A stretch of DNA of 56,594 bases, from positions 1-56,594 of the forward strand of contig DASCPP010000071.1 of NCBI GenBank assembly GCA_036012565.1. Direction: 5' to 3'. The translations under genes and the position numbers were made by a program. Within the stretch, counting starts at the first letter, position 1. Each line of letters begins with the position of its first letter. The notes beneath the pieces were generated by a model. That model was not told the DNA's origin. It saw only the letters and a program-made list of their open reading frames with translations, and ran no database searches. Positions 9,484-19,080 of this stretch are shown piece after piece. Origin of the DNA: Flavobacteriales bacterium (lineage in GTDB: Bacteria > Bacteroidota > Bacteroidia > Flavobacteriales > BACL11).

Positions 9484-10484
9484 TGACAAAAAAAAGAGCA
9501 GCCATAACAGGAGTCCAGGGCTATGTTCCTGATTATATTTTAACTAATAAGGAGTTGGAAACCATGGTGGACACCAATGATAAATGGATTGTAAGCAGAA
9601 CAGGAGTGAAGGAAAGAAGGATTTTAAAAGGAGAAGGAAAAGGATCATCTGATTTGGGAGCAGGGGCTATAAAAGGACTTTTAGCAAAACTAAATATTGC
9701 TGCTGAGGATGTAGATTTAATTATTTGTGCAACTGCAACCCCTGACATGATTTTTCCATCAACTGCTTGTATAATTGCCGATAAAGTAGGAGCAAAAAAT
9801 GCTTTTGCTTACGATTTGATGGCAGCTTGTTCGGGGTTTTTATATGCGCTTTCCACCGCATCCAAATTTATTGAAACTGGCACTTACAAAAAAGTAATTG
9901 TTGTGGGAGCTGATAAAATGTCATCTATTGTTGATTATACCGACAGGGCAACCTGTATTATTTTCGGAGATGGTGCAGGTGCAGTAATGTTGGAACCATC
10001 AGAAGATGGCTTAGGAATACAAGATGCCATTTTAAGAAGTGATGGTTCAGGAAGGGAGTTTCTACACATGAAAGCAGGAGGATCGGCAAAACCATCTACT
10101 CATGAAACAGTTGATGCTCGTGAGCATTTTATTTTCCAGGATGGGAAGCCAGTTTTTAAAGCTGCAGTAAAATCTATGGCAGATGTGTCGGAGGAGATAA
10201 TGAAGAAAAACAATTTATCGGCAGATGATGTAGCTTGGCTTGTTCCTCATCAGGCGAACAAAAGAATTATTGATGCAACAGCCAGAAGAATGGGCGTTGG
10301 GGATGATAAGGTAATGCTCAATATCCAAAAATATGGCAATACAACTAATGGGACTATTCCTTTATGCCTTTGGGAATGGGAAAATCAGCTAAATAAAGGG
10401 GACAATATTATTTTAGCTGCTTTTGGAGGAGGATTTACTTGGGGTTCTATGTATCTGAAATGGGCATACGATTCAAATAAATAA
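9483..10484 (+). CDS. fabH: Beta-ketoacyl-ACP synthase III
   Basis: AACSGF, FGDGAGA, PHQAN, YGNT catalytic C/H/N. Confidence 0.96.
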   Translation: MTKKRAAITGVQGYVPDYILTNKELETMVDTNDKWIVSRTGVKERRILKGEGKGSSDLGAGAIKGLLAKLNIAAEDVDLIICATATPDMIFPSTACIIADKVGAKNAFAYDLMAACSGFLYALSTASKFIETGTYKKVIVVGADKMSSIVDYTDRATCIIFGDGAGAVMLEPSEDGLGIQDAILRSDGSGREFLHMKAGGSAKPSTHETVDAREHFIFQDGKPVFKAAVKSMADVSEEIMKKNNLSADDVAWLVPHQANKRIIDATARRMGVGDDKVMLNIQKYGNTTNGTIPLCLWEWENQLNKGDNIILAAFGGGFTWGSMYLKWAYDSNK

Positions 10485-10512
10485 TTACTTTTGTATTTTA
10501 AATAGAGAAAAA

Positions 10513-11007
10513 ATGAAAAAAATGACTTTAGAAGACATTCAAGAATTAATAAAGTTTGTTGCAAAATCAGGAGCTACAGAAGTAGATTTGGAATTTGAAG
10601 GCGTAAAAATTTCAATCAAATCTCCTGCAAAGAAAAGAAGAGGAGAAAAAGAGGAGCCCATTACAGTTATTCAACAAGCTCCGGTTCAAGCAGTAGTAAC
10701 TACTCCTGCTCCTGTTGCATCCGAACCTGAAAACATAGTAGCCAAAACACAGGAAGACGATTCTAATTATGTAACTATAAAAGCTTCTATGATTGGCACT
10801 TTTTACAGAAGTCCCGAACCAGATAAAGATGCTTTTGTAAATGTAGGGGATGAAATAAAAGAGGGGGATGCAATTTGCATTATTGAAGCCATGAAACTTT
10901 TTAATGAAATAGAGTCAGAAATATCTGGCAAAATTGTAAAAGTTTTAGTGGATGACAATACGCCTGTTGAGTTCGATCAGCCACTTTTCTTGGTTGATCC
11001 TTCCTAA
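10513..11007 (+). CDS. accB: Acetyl-CoA carboxylase biotin carboxyl carrier protein
   Basis: EAMKLFNEI biotinylation motif; Ala/Pro linker. Confidence 0.97.
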   Translation: MKKMTLEDIQELIKFVAKSGATEVDLEFEGVKISIKSPAKKRRGEKEEPITVIQQAPVQAVVTTPAPVASEPENIVAKTQEDDSNYVTIKASMIGTFYRSPEPDKDAFVNVGDEIKEGDAICIIEAMKLFNEIESEISGKIVKVLVDDNTPVEFDQPLFLVDPS

Positions 11008-11034
11008 ATTTCCTCTAATAAATTCTAAAATAAA

Positions 11035-12369
11035 ATGTTTAAAAAGATATTAATTGCCAATAGAGGCGAGATTGCATTGAGGGTTATCAGAACCTGTAAG
11101 GAAATGGGTATAAAAACGGTTGTGGTTTACTCCAAAGCGGATGCCGATAGTTTGCATGTTCGTTTTGCGGATGAGGCAGTTTGTGTTGGGCCTGCCCCAA
11201 GTGCAGAATCCTATTTAAAGATTCCAAATATTATTGCCGCTGCAGAAATCACTAATGCAGATGCCATCCATCCTGGTTATGGTTTTTTGGCTGAGAATGC
11301 TAATTTTTCCAAAATTTGTGCTGAAAATGGCATCAAATTTATTGGAGCATCTCCACGTATGATTAAAAACATGGGAGATAAAGCGTCTGCCAAAGAGACC
11401 ATGAAAAAAGCAGGAGTTCCTACAATCCCTGGATCAAAAGGACTTATTAAAAATTTCGAAAGCTGTAAAAAATTAGCAAAAGAAATCACTTATCCAGTAA
11501 TGCTAAAAGCAACCGCAGGTGGTGGTGGAAAAGGAATGCGATTGGTTTGGGAAGAAGAAAATTTACTTGATGCCTGGAATAGTGCAAGGCAAGAGTCGAA
11601 AGCTGCTTTTGGGAATGATGGCATGTACATGGAAAAATTCATTGAAGACCCAAGGCATATTGAAATTCAAATAATTGGTGATAGCACAGGAAAAGCATGT
11701 CATCTTTCGGAAAGAGATTGTTCTATTCAAAGAAGACATCAAAAATTAATGGAAGAAACCCCATCTCCTTTTATGACTAAAAAATTGAGAAAAGAAATGG
11801 GAGAAGCTGCTATAAAAGCGGCTGAGGCAGTAAAATATGAAGGGGTAGGAACAGTAGAATTTTTAGTAGATAAGCACAGAAATTTTTACTTTATGGAAAT
11901 GAATACGCGTATTCAAGTGGAGCATCCCATTACAGAAGAGGTAATCAATTACGATTTGGTACGCGAGCAAATAAAGGTGGCTGTTGGCATTCCTATTTCA
12001 GGGAAAAATTACGAACCTCAACTTCATGCTATTGAATGCAGAATAAATGCAGAAGACCCTTATAATGATTTCCGACCAAGCCCTGGAAGAGTAACTAATT
12101 TTCATACTTCTGGGGGGCACGGCATACGAATAGACACCCATGTATATGCTAATTATACAATACCATCTTATTACGATTCCATGATTGTAAAACTGATTGC
12201 TGTTGCCCAAACAAGGGAAGAAGCCATTGCAAAAATGGAGAGGGCTTTGGAAGAATTTATTATTGAAGGGGTAAAAACAACCATTCCATTTCATCAAGCA
12301 CTGATGAAAGATGAGAATTTCCGAGCAGGAAAGTATACCACTAAATTTATGGAAGATTTTGAGTTGTAG
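11035..12369 (+). CDS. accC: Acetyl-CoA carboxylase biotin carboxylase
   Basis: [44 protein letters not shown]. Confidence 0.97.
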   Translation: MFKKILIANRGEIALRVIRTCKEMGIKTVVVYSKADADSLHVRFADEAVCVGPAPSAESYLKIPNIIAAAEITNADAIHPGYGFLAENANFSKICAENGIKFIGASPRMIKNMGDKASAKETMKKAGVPTIPGSKGLIKNFESCKKLAKEITYPVMLKATAGGGGKGMRLVWEEENLLDAWNSARQESKAAFGNDGMYMEKFIEDPRHIEIQIIGDSTGKACHLSERDCSIQRRHQKLMEETPSPFMTKKLRKEMGEAAIKAAEAVKYEGVGTVEFLVDKHRNFYFMEMNTRIQVEHPITEEVINYDLVREQIKVAVGIPISGKNYEPQLHAIECRINAEDPYNDFRPSPGRVTNFHTSGGHGIRIDTHVYANYTIPSYYDSMIVKLIAVAQTREEAIAKMERALEEFIIEGVKTTIPFHQALMKDENFRAGKYTTKFMEDFEL

Positions 12370-14301
12370 TTAAATCGCTTGTGGCACTTTTCCCCTTACT
12401 GTTAGTTTTTCTACTGCCGATACAATGGCCTGTTTATCATAACCACACTCATTTCTTAATTCTTCTTGTGTGCCATGGTTTATAAATTCATCCGGTATGC
12501 CCAATCGAACGATTTCTGCATTGTAGTTGTTATCGGCCATAAATTCCAATACTGTTGATCCAAAACCACCTTGCAAGCAAGCATCTTCCACGGTAATTAC
12601 TTTATCAAATTTTTGGAAAATAGTATGTAGTAAGCTCTCATCCAATGGTTTTACAAAACGCATATCATAATGGGCAATACTTAGCCCCATTTTTTTGAAA
12701 TCTTCTACTGCATTTATTGCAAAATTTCCAACATGTCCAATGCTAAGAATTGCTATTTCAGTTCCTTCATTTACCATTTGTCCTTTTCCAATTTCTAATT
12801 CTTTAAATGGGGTTTGCCAATTTTCCATAACACCATTTCCTCTTGGATACCTGATAGAAAAAGGACCTTTATTTGGCAGTTGTGCAGTGTACATCATATT
12901 GCGTAATTCCTGTTCATTCATTGGGGCAGCAACCACCATATTTGGAATACATCTAAGGTAGGCGATATCGTAAGCACCATGATGGGTAGCGCCATCTTCC
13001 CCCACCAAACCACCTCTATCCAGGCAGAAAACAACATTCAAATTCTGCAATGCTACATCATGTATAAGTTGGTCATAAGCCCTTTGCATAAAAGAGGAAT
13101 AAATATTACAAAAAGGAATCAGTCCTTGGGTAGCCAATCCTGCTGAAAAAGTAACTGCATGCTGCTCCGCTATTCCTACATCAAAAGTTCTTTCAGGCAT
13201 CTGCTTCATCATTAAATTCAAAGAACTTCCCGATAACATGGCAGGGGTAACCCCTACAATTTTATCATTTTCTTTTGCCAGTTCTATGATGCTTTTACCA
13301 AAAACATCCTGATACTTTATAGGGGCATCTTTTTTTATCTTTTGTTTTATTATTTTCCCTGTTTCTTTTTGAAATATTCCAGGCGCATGCCACTGGGTTG
13401 CACAGCCCTCTTCTGCCGGATTATATCCCTTCCCTTTTTTTGTTAGACAATGTAAAATTTTAGGACCGGGGATATCTTTTAAATCTTTTAAAACACTGGT
13501 TAAATGCTTTACATCATGCCCATCAATGGGGCCGAAATACCTGAAATTTAAGGATTCAAAATAATTACTTGTTCCTAGCAAAGTGGTTTTTACTGCTCCA
13601 TCTACTTTTTGTGCTATCTTTTGTGCATTTGGCCCAAACTTACTGATTTTTCCTAAAATCTGCCAAATTTTATTTTTTGCCCTATTGTAAGTTGGTGAAG
13701 TAGAAATATCAGTCAAATATTCTTTTAGAGCCCCTACTGCCGGATCAATTGACCTGCAATTATCATTAAGGATAACCAATAAATTAGAGTGTTCTGCCCC
13801 AGCATTATTTAAAGCCTCAAAAGCGATTCCTGCTGTCATGGAGCCATCACCAATTACCGCAATATGTTGTTTTTTATCATCCCCTTTTTGCTTGGATGCA
13901 AGTGCCATTCCTAGTGCAGCCGAAATGGAAGTAGAAGAATGTCCAGTTCCAAAAGTATCATACTCACTTTCACTCCTTTTTGGGAAACCACTAATGCCCT
14001 TATAAATTCTATTGGTATGAAAAATATCTTTTCTGCCAGTAAGTATTTTATGTCCATAAGCCTGATGCCCAACATCCCAAACCAATTGGTCCTCAGGTGT
14101 ATTAAAAATATAATGTAGAGCAATGCTAAGTTCCACCACCCCCAAACTAGCGCCCAAATGCCCTCCTTTTTCTGAAACAATATCAATAATAAATTGTCTT
14201 AACTGCTCGCTTAATTCAGGCAACTGATTTTTTTTCAATTTCCGTAAATCGGCAGGGCAATTAATTTTGCTAAGTAATGGTCCTTGTACGTACGGGGTCA
14301 T
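12370..14301 (-). CDS. dxs: 1-deoxy-D-xylulose-5-phosphate synthase
   Basis: GGHLGASLG, WDVGHQAY, GHSSTS, GDG...NDN ThDP motif, DVGIAEQH, DGATH; start moved to ATG 14301. Confidence 0.96.
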   Translation of the reverse strand: MTPYVQGPLLSKINCPADLRKLKKNQLPELSEQLRQFIIDIVSEKGGHLGASLGVVELSIALHYIFNTPEDQLVWDVGHQAYGHKILTGRKDIFHTNRIYKGISGFPKRSESEYDTFGTGHSSTSISAALGMALASKQKGDDKKQHIAVIGDGSMTAGIAFEALNNAGAEHSNLLVILNDNCRSIDPAVGALKEYLTDISTSPTYNRAKNKIWQILGKISKFGPNAQKIAQKVDGAVKTTLLGTSNYFESLNFRYFGPIDGHDVKHLTSVLKDLKDIPGPKILHCLTKKGKGYNPAEEGCATQWHAPGIFQKETGKIIKQKIKKDAPIKYQDVFGKSIIELAKENDKIVGVTPAMLSGSSLNLMMKQMPERTFDVGIAEQHAVTFSAGLATQGLIPFCNIYSSFMQRAYDQLIHDVALQNLNVVFCLDRGGLVGEDGATHHGAYDIAYLRCIPNMVVAAPMNEQELRNMMYTAQLPNKGPFSIRYPRGNGVMENWQTPFKELEIGKGQMVNEGTEIAILSIGHVGNFAINAVEDFKKMGLSIAHYDMRFVKPLDESLLHTIFQKFDKVITVEDACLQGGFGSTVLEFMADNNYNAEIVRLGIPDEFINHGTQEELRNECGYDKQAIVSAVEKLTVRGKVPQAI

Positions 14302-14461
14302 TTTTAAAATAATAAAGGTTGTTTCTTTGCAAAGATAGGAAATCTTCACAAATATGGAGAATCTAAATTCTTAGCTTAGAATAAAAAATATTATTCTTTT
14401 GCTGATGTTATTCTTTTGAAAAGTCCAATTTATTAACTTTGCGGCAAAAGAAATTTAATAA

Positions 14462-15904
14462 ATGCAAAGGATTAAAATAAAAGACTTGCTAAAAGAGAAA
14501 AAAATTACAGAAGGCGTTCTTATAAAAGGATGGGTTCGTTCGTGCAGGGGAAGCAAAAATGTTTCTTTCATTGCGCTTAATGATGGTTCCACAATTAATA
14601 ACATTCAAATTGTAGCAGAGGCAATTCATTTTAAGGAAAAGCTATTAAAGCAAATTACAACAGGGGCTTGTATTGAAGTTGTCGGTATAGTGGTGGAAAG
14701 TAAAGGCAGTGGACAAAAAATTGAGATTGGAGCAAAGAAAATTACCATTTTAGGACATGCGGATGCGAATGATTATCCACTTCAACCAAAAATACATTCC
14801 TTAGAATTTTTAAGAGAAAAGGCGCATTTGCGTTTCAGAACAAATACCTTTTCTGCTGTTTTTAGGTTAAGACATGCACTTACTTTTGCTGTGCATCAAT
14901 TTTTTAACGATAAAGGGTTTTTTAATTTACACTCGCCAATTATAACAGGAGCTGATGCGGAAGGTGCTGGTGAAATGTTTCAAGTCACGAATTTTGATTT
15001 AAAGAATCTCCCAAAAAATGATAATGGAGAAATTGACTATAATAAAGATTTTTTTGGTAGCAAAACCAACCTTACTGTTTCAGGGCAGCTAGAAGCGGAA
15101 TTGGCAGCAATGGGCCTAGGGCAAGTGTATACATTCGGCCCTACTTTTAGGGCAGAAAACTCAAATACTTCTCGTCATCTTTCAGAATTTTGGATGATAG
15201 AGCCGGAAGTTGCTTTTGCAGATTTAGAAGCAAATATGGACTTGGCTGAGGAATTTTTGAAATATTGTATTCAGTATTGCATTACAAATTGCGCAGATGA
15301 TTTGAGGTTTTTGGATAACAGACTTTCAGAAGAGGAAAAGAATTTGAAAAAAGAAGAACGCTCGGAAATGGGGCTTTTAGAGAGGTTACAATTTGTAATT
15401 GAAAACGATTTTGAACGATTAACTTATAGAGAGGCTATTGATATTTTAAGAAATTCAAAACCAAACAAAAAGAAAAAATTCAAATATATTATTGAAGGAT
15501 TTGGTTCTGATTTGCAATCCGAGCACGAAAGGTATTTGGTAGAAAAGAAATTCAAAAAACCGGTGATTATTTCCGATTATCCCAGAGGAATTAAAGCTTT
15601 TTATATGAAGCAAAATGAAGATGGAGAAACCGTAAGAGCAATGGATATTTTGTTTCCACTAATCGGTGAAATTGTTGGTGGTTCGCAAAGAGAGGAAAAT
15701 CTAGAACTTCTGAAAAAAAGAATGGATGAAATGGATGTGGATAAGCAGGAACTTTGGTGGTATTTGGAAAGTCGGAAATTTGGGACTTGTGTTCATTCTG
15801 GTTTTGGATTAGGATTTGAGAGATTAATCATGTTTGTAACAGGAATGAAAAACATAAGAGATGTAATTCCATTTCCAAGAACTCCACAGAATGCCGAATT
15901 TTAA
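14462..15904 (+). CDS. asnS: Asparagine--tRNA ligase
   Basis: [40 protein letters not shown]. Confidence 0.97.
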   Translation: MQRIKIKDLLKEKKITEGVLIKGWVRSCRGSKNVSFIALNDGSTINNIQIVAEAIHFKEKLLKQITTGACIEVVGIVVESKGSGQKIEIGAKKITILGHADANDYPLQPKIHSLEFLREKAHLRFRTNTFSAVFRLRHALTFAVHQFFNDKGFFNLHSPIITGADAEGAGEMFQVTNFDLKNLPKNDNGEIDYNKDFFGSKTNLTVSGQLEAELAAMGLGQVYTFGPTFRAENSNTSRHLSEFWMIEPEVAFADLEANMDLAEEFLKYCIQYCITNCADDLRFLDNRLSEEEKNLKKEERSEMGLLERLQFVIENDFERLTYREAIDILRNSKPNKKKKFKYIIEGFGSDLQSEHERYLVEKKFKKPVIISDYPRGIKAFYMKQNEDGETVRAMDILFPLIGEIVGGSQREENLELLKKRMDEMDVDKQELWWYLESRKFGTCVHSGFGLGFERLIMFVTGMKNIRDVIPFPRTPQNAEF

Positions 15905-15907
15905 TAA

Positions 15908-17245
15908 ATGAACAAGCAAAGATTACAGCAAAATCAGCTATTAAAACTATCGCCTAAACAAATACAATTTTTGGGTTTGTTACAAACTTCTTTAACATCC
16001 TTAGAAAGCAGAATTGAAGAAGAGTTAGAAAAAAATCCTGCTTTGGAAGAGAAAATAGTGGATGAAGAGGAACCTGATTCTCTGACGGAATACCAATATT
16101 ACAAAAGAAATAATCCTGATTATTCTCCGCCGCCAATTCCTGATAAAGAGGAGAGTTTATATGAAGCACTTTTAAAGCAGCTTTTATTGCTAAACTTAGA
16201 GGGGCAAGAATATGATTTAGCACAGTATCTTATTGGCTGTTTGGATAATAATGGTTTTTTAACAAGGGATTTATATATAATAGAAAATGATCTATTGCTC
16301 AACCAGGATATTGAGGTAAGCGAGAAGGAATTGGAAAGGATTTTGCAAAAAATACAAACACTTGAACCCTTTGGAGTAGGAGCAAAAAGTATGCAAGAGT
16401 GCCTTGTTTTGCAGCTAAAAGCAAAAGAGAAAACCAAAAGCATTCAGTTAGCAATTGATGTGCTACAAAATTATTATGATTCCTTTAGTAAAAAGAATTT
16501 TGATGCCATTTTTAGTAAGTCAGAGATCAATAAATCCCAACTAAAACAAGTGTATCTAGAGGTTGAAAAACTAAATCCTAACCCGGGAAGTGTATTTAGT
16601 AATTCCACTGAAATGACTAATTATATTTTGCCTGATTTCAGCATCAATTATATAGATGGAAAATTAAATTTGAAATTGAACAAAAGCAACAACCGACAAG
16701 TTTTTGTAAATAAAAGCTATGAAAAAATGCTTACCGAAACAAAGGATAAACAGGTAAAAGATTTTATAAAACAAAAGATTGAATCAGCCATATGGTTTGC
16801 TGATGCCATCAAGCAAAGAGAAAATACTTTACACAATGTGATGTCTGCTATCATTAATTTTCAGCATGATTATTTTATTAGTGGTGATGAAAAAGATTTG
16901 AAACCAATGAAATTGATGGATATTGCACAAATAGTAAGTATGGATATTTCTACCATTTCCAGAGTTAGTAATAGCAAATATGTAGAAACTTCATTTGGCA
17001 CTTTTCTTTTGAAAGAACTTTTCTCAGAGGCATACCACAAAGAAGATGGAACGGTAATTTCTACTAAAGAAATAAAAGAAAAATTGAAAGAGATATTAGA
17101 ATCGGAAGATAAAAAACAGCCCTTAAATGACGAGAAATTAGCTGAACTTTTAGGCAAACAGGAATATCATATTGCTAGAAGAACAGTAGCGAAATACAGA
17201 GAACAACTCCATATTCCTGTTGCTAGATTAAGAAGAACTTTATAA
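15908..17245 (+). CDS. rpoN: RNA polymerase sigma-54 factor
   Basis: Gln/Leu-rich N-terminus, NPALE, STISRV, RpoN box ARRTVAKYRE. Confidence 0.95.
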   Translation: MNKQRLQQNQLLKLSPKQIQFLGLLQTSLTSLESRIEEELEKNPALEEKIVDEEEPDSLTEYQYYKRNNPDYSPPPIPDKEESLYEALLKQLLLLNLEGQEYDLAQYLIGCLDNNGFLTRDLYIIENDLLLNQDIEVSEKELERILQKIQTLEPFGVGAKSMQECLVLQLKAKEKTKSIQLAIDVLQNYYDSFSKKNFDAIFSKSEINKSQLKQVYLEVEKLNPNPGSVFSNSTEMTNYILPDFSINYIDGKLNLKLNKSNNRQVFVNKSYEKMLTETKDKQVKDFIKQKIESAIWFADAIKQRENTLHNVMSAIINFQHDYFISGDEKDLKPMKLMDIAQIVSMDISTISRVSNSKYVETSFGTFLLKELFSEAYHKEDGTVISTKEIKEKLKEILESEDKKQPLNDEKLAELLGKQEYHIARRTVAKYREQLHIPVARLRRTL

Positions 17246-17844
17246 TGAAACTTTCAAAACTGATTTCTTTTGCTTTCCATCCAATTTTAATGCCAACTTA
17301 TGCGCTATTGCTTCTTTTTCAGTGTATCCCTTTGTTTTCTCAGTTTATGGATATTGAACAAAAAAAACAAATCTTAAAACACACTTGTATATTTACTTTT
17401 TTCCTTCCAATTTTAAGTGTTTATATTCTAAAAAAACTCAGAGTAGTTTCCTCTTATTATATGGAAAATCAAGAGGAAAGAAGAGGGCCTTTACTATTTG
17501 CATTGGGATGGTATTATTTGCTTTTCCTGTTTTTAGAGACACTACATATTCACTTTGTGGTTGTAAATCTTTTAATTGGCGCTATGCTTATTTTAGTCAT
17601 TTCTGCTATTGTTTCTAGCTTTTGGAAGATTAGCTTGCACATGATTGGTATTGGAGGTATATTAGGGGCTTTTTTAGCTATTCATTCTCTTTTTGGAGGT
17701 AATATTTATTTAATAATTGCACTTATTTTTTGTGCAGGATGTGTGGGATTTGCAAGGGTTAATGAAAATGCACATAACCTTAAACAAGTTTATTTGGGAT
17801 TTTTATTAGGAGGATTTATCGAATTCTTTATATTGTACTTTTAG
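17245..17844 (+). CDS. Conserved membrane protein (PAP2-like)
   Basis: Multiple hydrophobic helices; HP, KISLH and AR...AH motifs; coupled to rpoN. Confidence 0.7.
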   Translation: MKLSKLISFAFHPILMPTYALLLLFQCIPLFSQFMDIEQKKQILKHTCIFTFFLPILSVYILKKLRVVSSYYMENQEERRGPLLFALGWYYLLFLFLETLHIHFVVVNLLIGAMLILVISAIVSSFWKISLHMIGIGGILGAFLAIHSLFGGNIYLIIALIFCAGCVGFARVNENAHNLKQVYLGFLLGGFIEFFILYF

Positions 17845-17887
17845 TACGTTTTTATAGAAATTGTTTATAATTGCAAAAAAATAATAT

Positions 17888-18349
17888 ATGGAAATATATT
17901 CTCTTCCTACTCAAGGCATGGGAAAGCCAAAGATATCAAGGAAAAGACATATTGCAAAAACAATTACTTGGCGGATTGTTGGTTCTATAGACACATTTAT
18001 TCTTGCTACTTTTTTTTCTGGTTCACCTGAAACTGGTGGCTGGATTGCTTTTACGGAAGTTATCACCAAAACAATTTTGTATTATTTCCATGAAAGAACT
18101 TGGTATTCATACAATTGGAAAACACGAAATAGAAAAAGACATTTTTCAAAAACTATTTCCTGGCGCTTTATTGGAACCTTAGACACTCTTTTACTCTCAT
18201 GGATTTTTACTGGAAGTCCAATTACGGGTCTTAAAATAATTTCAGGGGAATTGATTACTAAAATGCTTTTATATTATTTTCACGAAAGGGCTTGGTACAC
18301 ATCTAATTGGGGGGTGATTAAAGCAGAAAATCAACCCTCTTCTTTATAG
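17888..18349 (+). CDS. DUF2061 membrane protein with two tandem domains
   Basis: Internal repeat KTITWRIVGSIDT...YYFHERTW / KTISWRFIGTLDT...YYFHERAW. Confidence 0.85.
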   Translation: MEIYSLPTQGMGKPKISRKRHIAKTITWRIVGSIDTFILATFFSGSPETGGWIAFTEVITKTILYYFHERTWYSYNWKTRNRKRHFSKTISWRFIGTLDTLLLSWIFTGSPITGLKIISGELITKMLLYYFHERAWYTSNWGVIKAENQPSSL

Positions 18350-18984
18350 AAATAATGGATGTTTAAATCTTTATTTTCTTGCCTTTCTCTCTCTAATTCT
18401 TCCTCAATTTCCCATTGGTATTTTTTTGGTTGAGGACCTTCTTTTCTGTAAAAAACAGCCATTAAAAGTCCAGCTAGCAGACCTGCTAAATGTCCCTCCC
18501 ATGACACGCTATCATAAATGGGCAATACACCCCAAATCATGGAGCCATACAGAAAAATCACTAAAAGAGATGCGGCAGATAATTTGGTTTGGCTTTTGAT
18601 TAATCCACTAAAAAAAATAAAACTTGCTAAAGCATAAACCACTCCGCTTGCACCAATATGAAAGTTAGGACGACCAATTGCCCAAAGCCAAATTCCTGAA
18701 ATAAAAAAAAGCCATAAAAAAATTTGTAATCCTAATTTTTTATAAAAATAGAAGAGCATACCTCCAAGTATAACAAGGGGGTAAGTATTATTTAAAAGAT
18801 GACTAAAATCCTGATGAATAAAGGGAGAAAAAAGGATTCCTTGTAATCCGGAAATAGACCGTGGGAGAACGCCATGTGCATAAAAAGTAATGCCAAAATA
18901 CAACTCAATCAATTTTACTATCCACATTAGCGTAACAAATAGTAGAGGAATTTTAAGCACATTAAAAAGCCATTTGTTTTTCAT
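18331..18984 (-). CDS. Rhomboid family intramembrane serine protease
   Basis: HLLNN, HIGASG catalytic Ser, SWEGHLAG catalytic His. Confidence 0.92.
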   Translation of the reverse strand: MKNKWLFNVLKIPLLFVTLMWIVKLIELYFGITFYAHGVLPRSISGLQGILFSPFIHQDFSHLLNNTYPLVILGGMLFYFYKKLGLQIFLWLFFISGIWLWAIGRPNFHIGASGVVYALASFIFFSGLIKSQTKLSAASLLVIFLYGSMIWGVLPIYDSVSWEGHLAGLLAGLLMAVFYRKEGPQPKKYQWEIEEELERERQENKDLNIHYFYKEEG

Positions 18985-19080
18985 AAATTATTCTGATAAA
19001 AAAAGATAAAAATACATAATCGTTTAAAAAAAACACTCAGAAATGCTAAGATTAATCTAAAAGAGTATTTTTACCTTAAT

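Noticed and set aside
15908-17245. Sigma-54 (-24/-12) promoters in the window's intergenic regions
   Set aside because: No convincing TGGCAC-N5-TTGC upstream of any gene by eye
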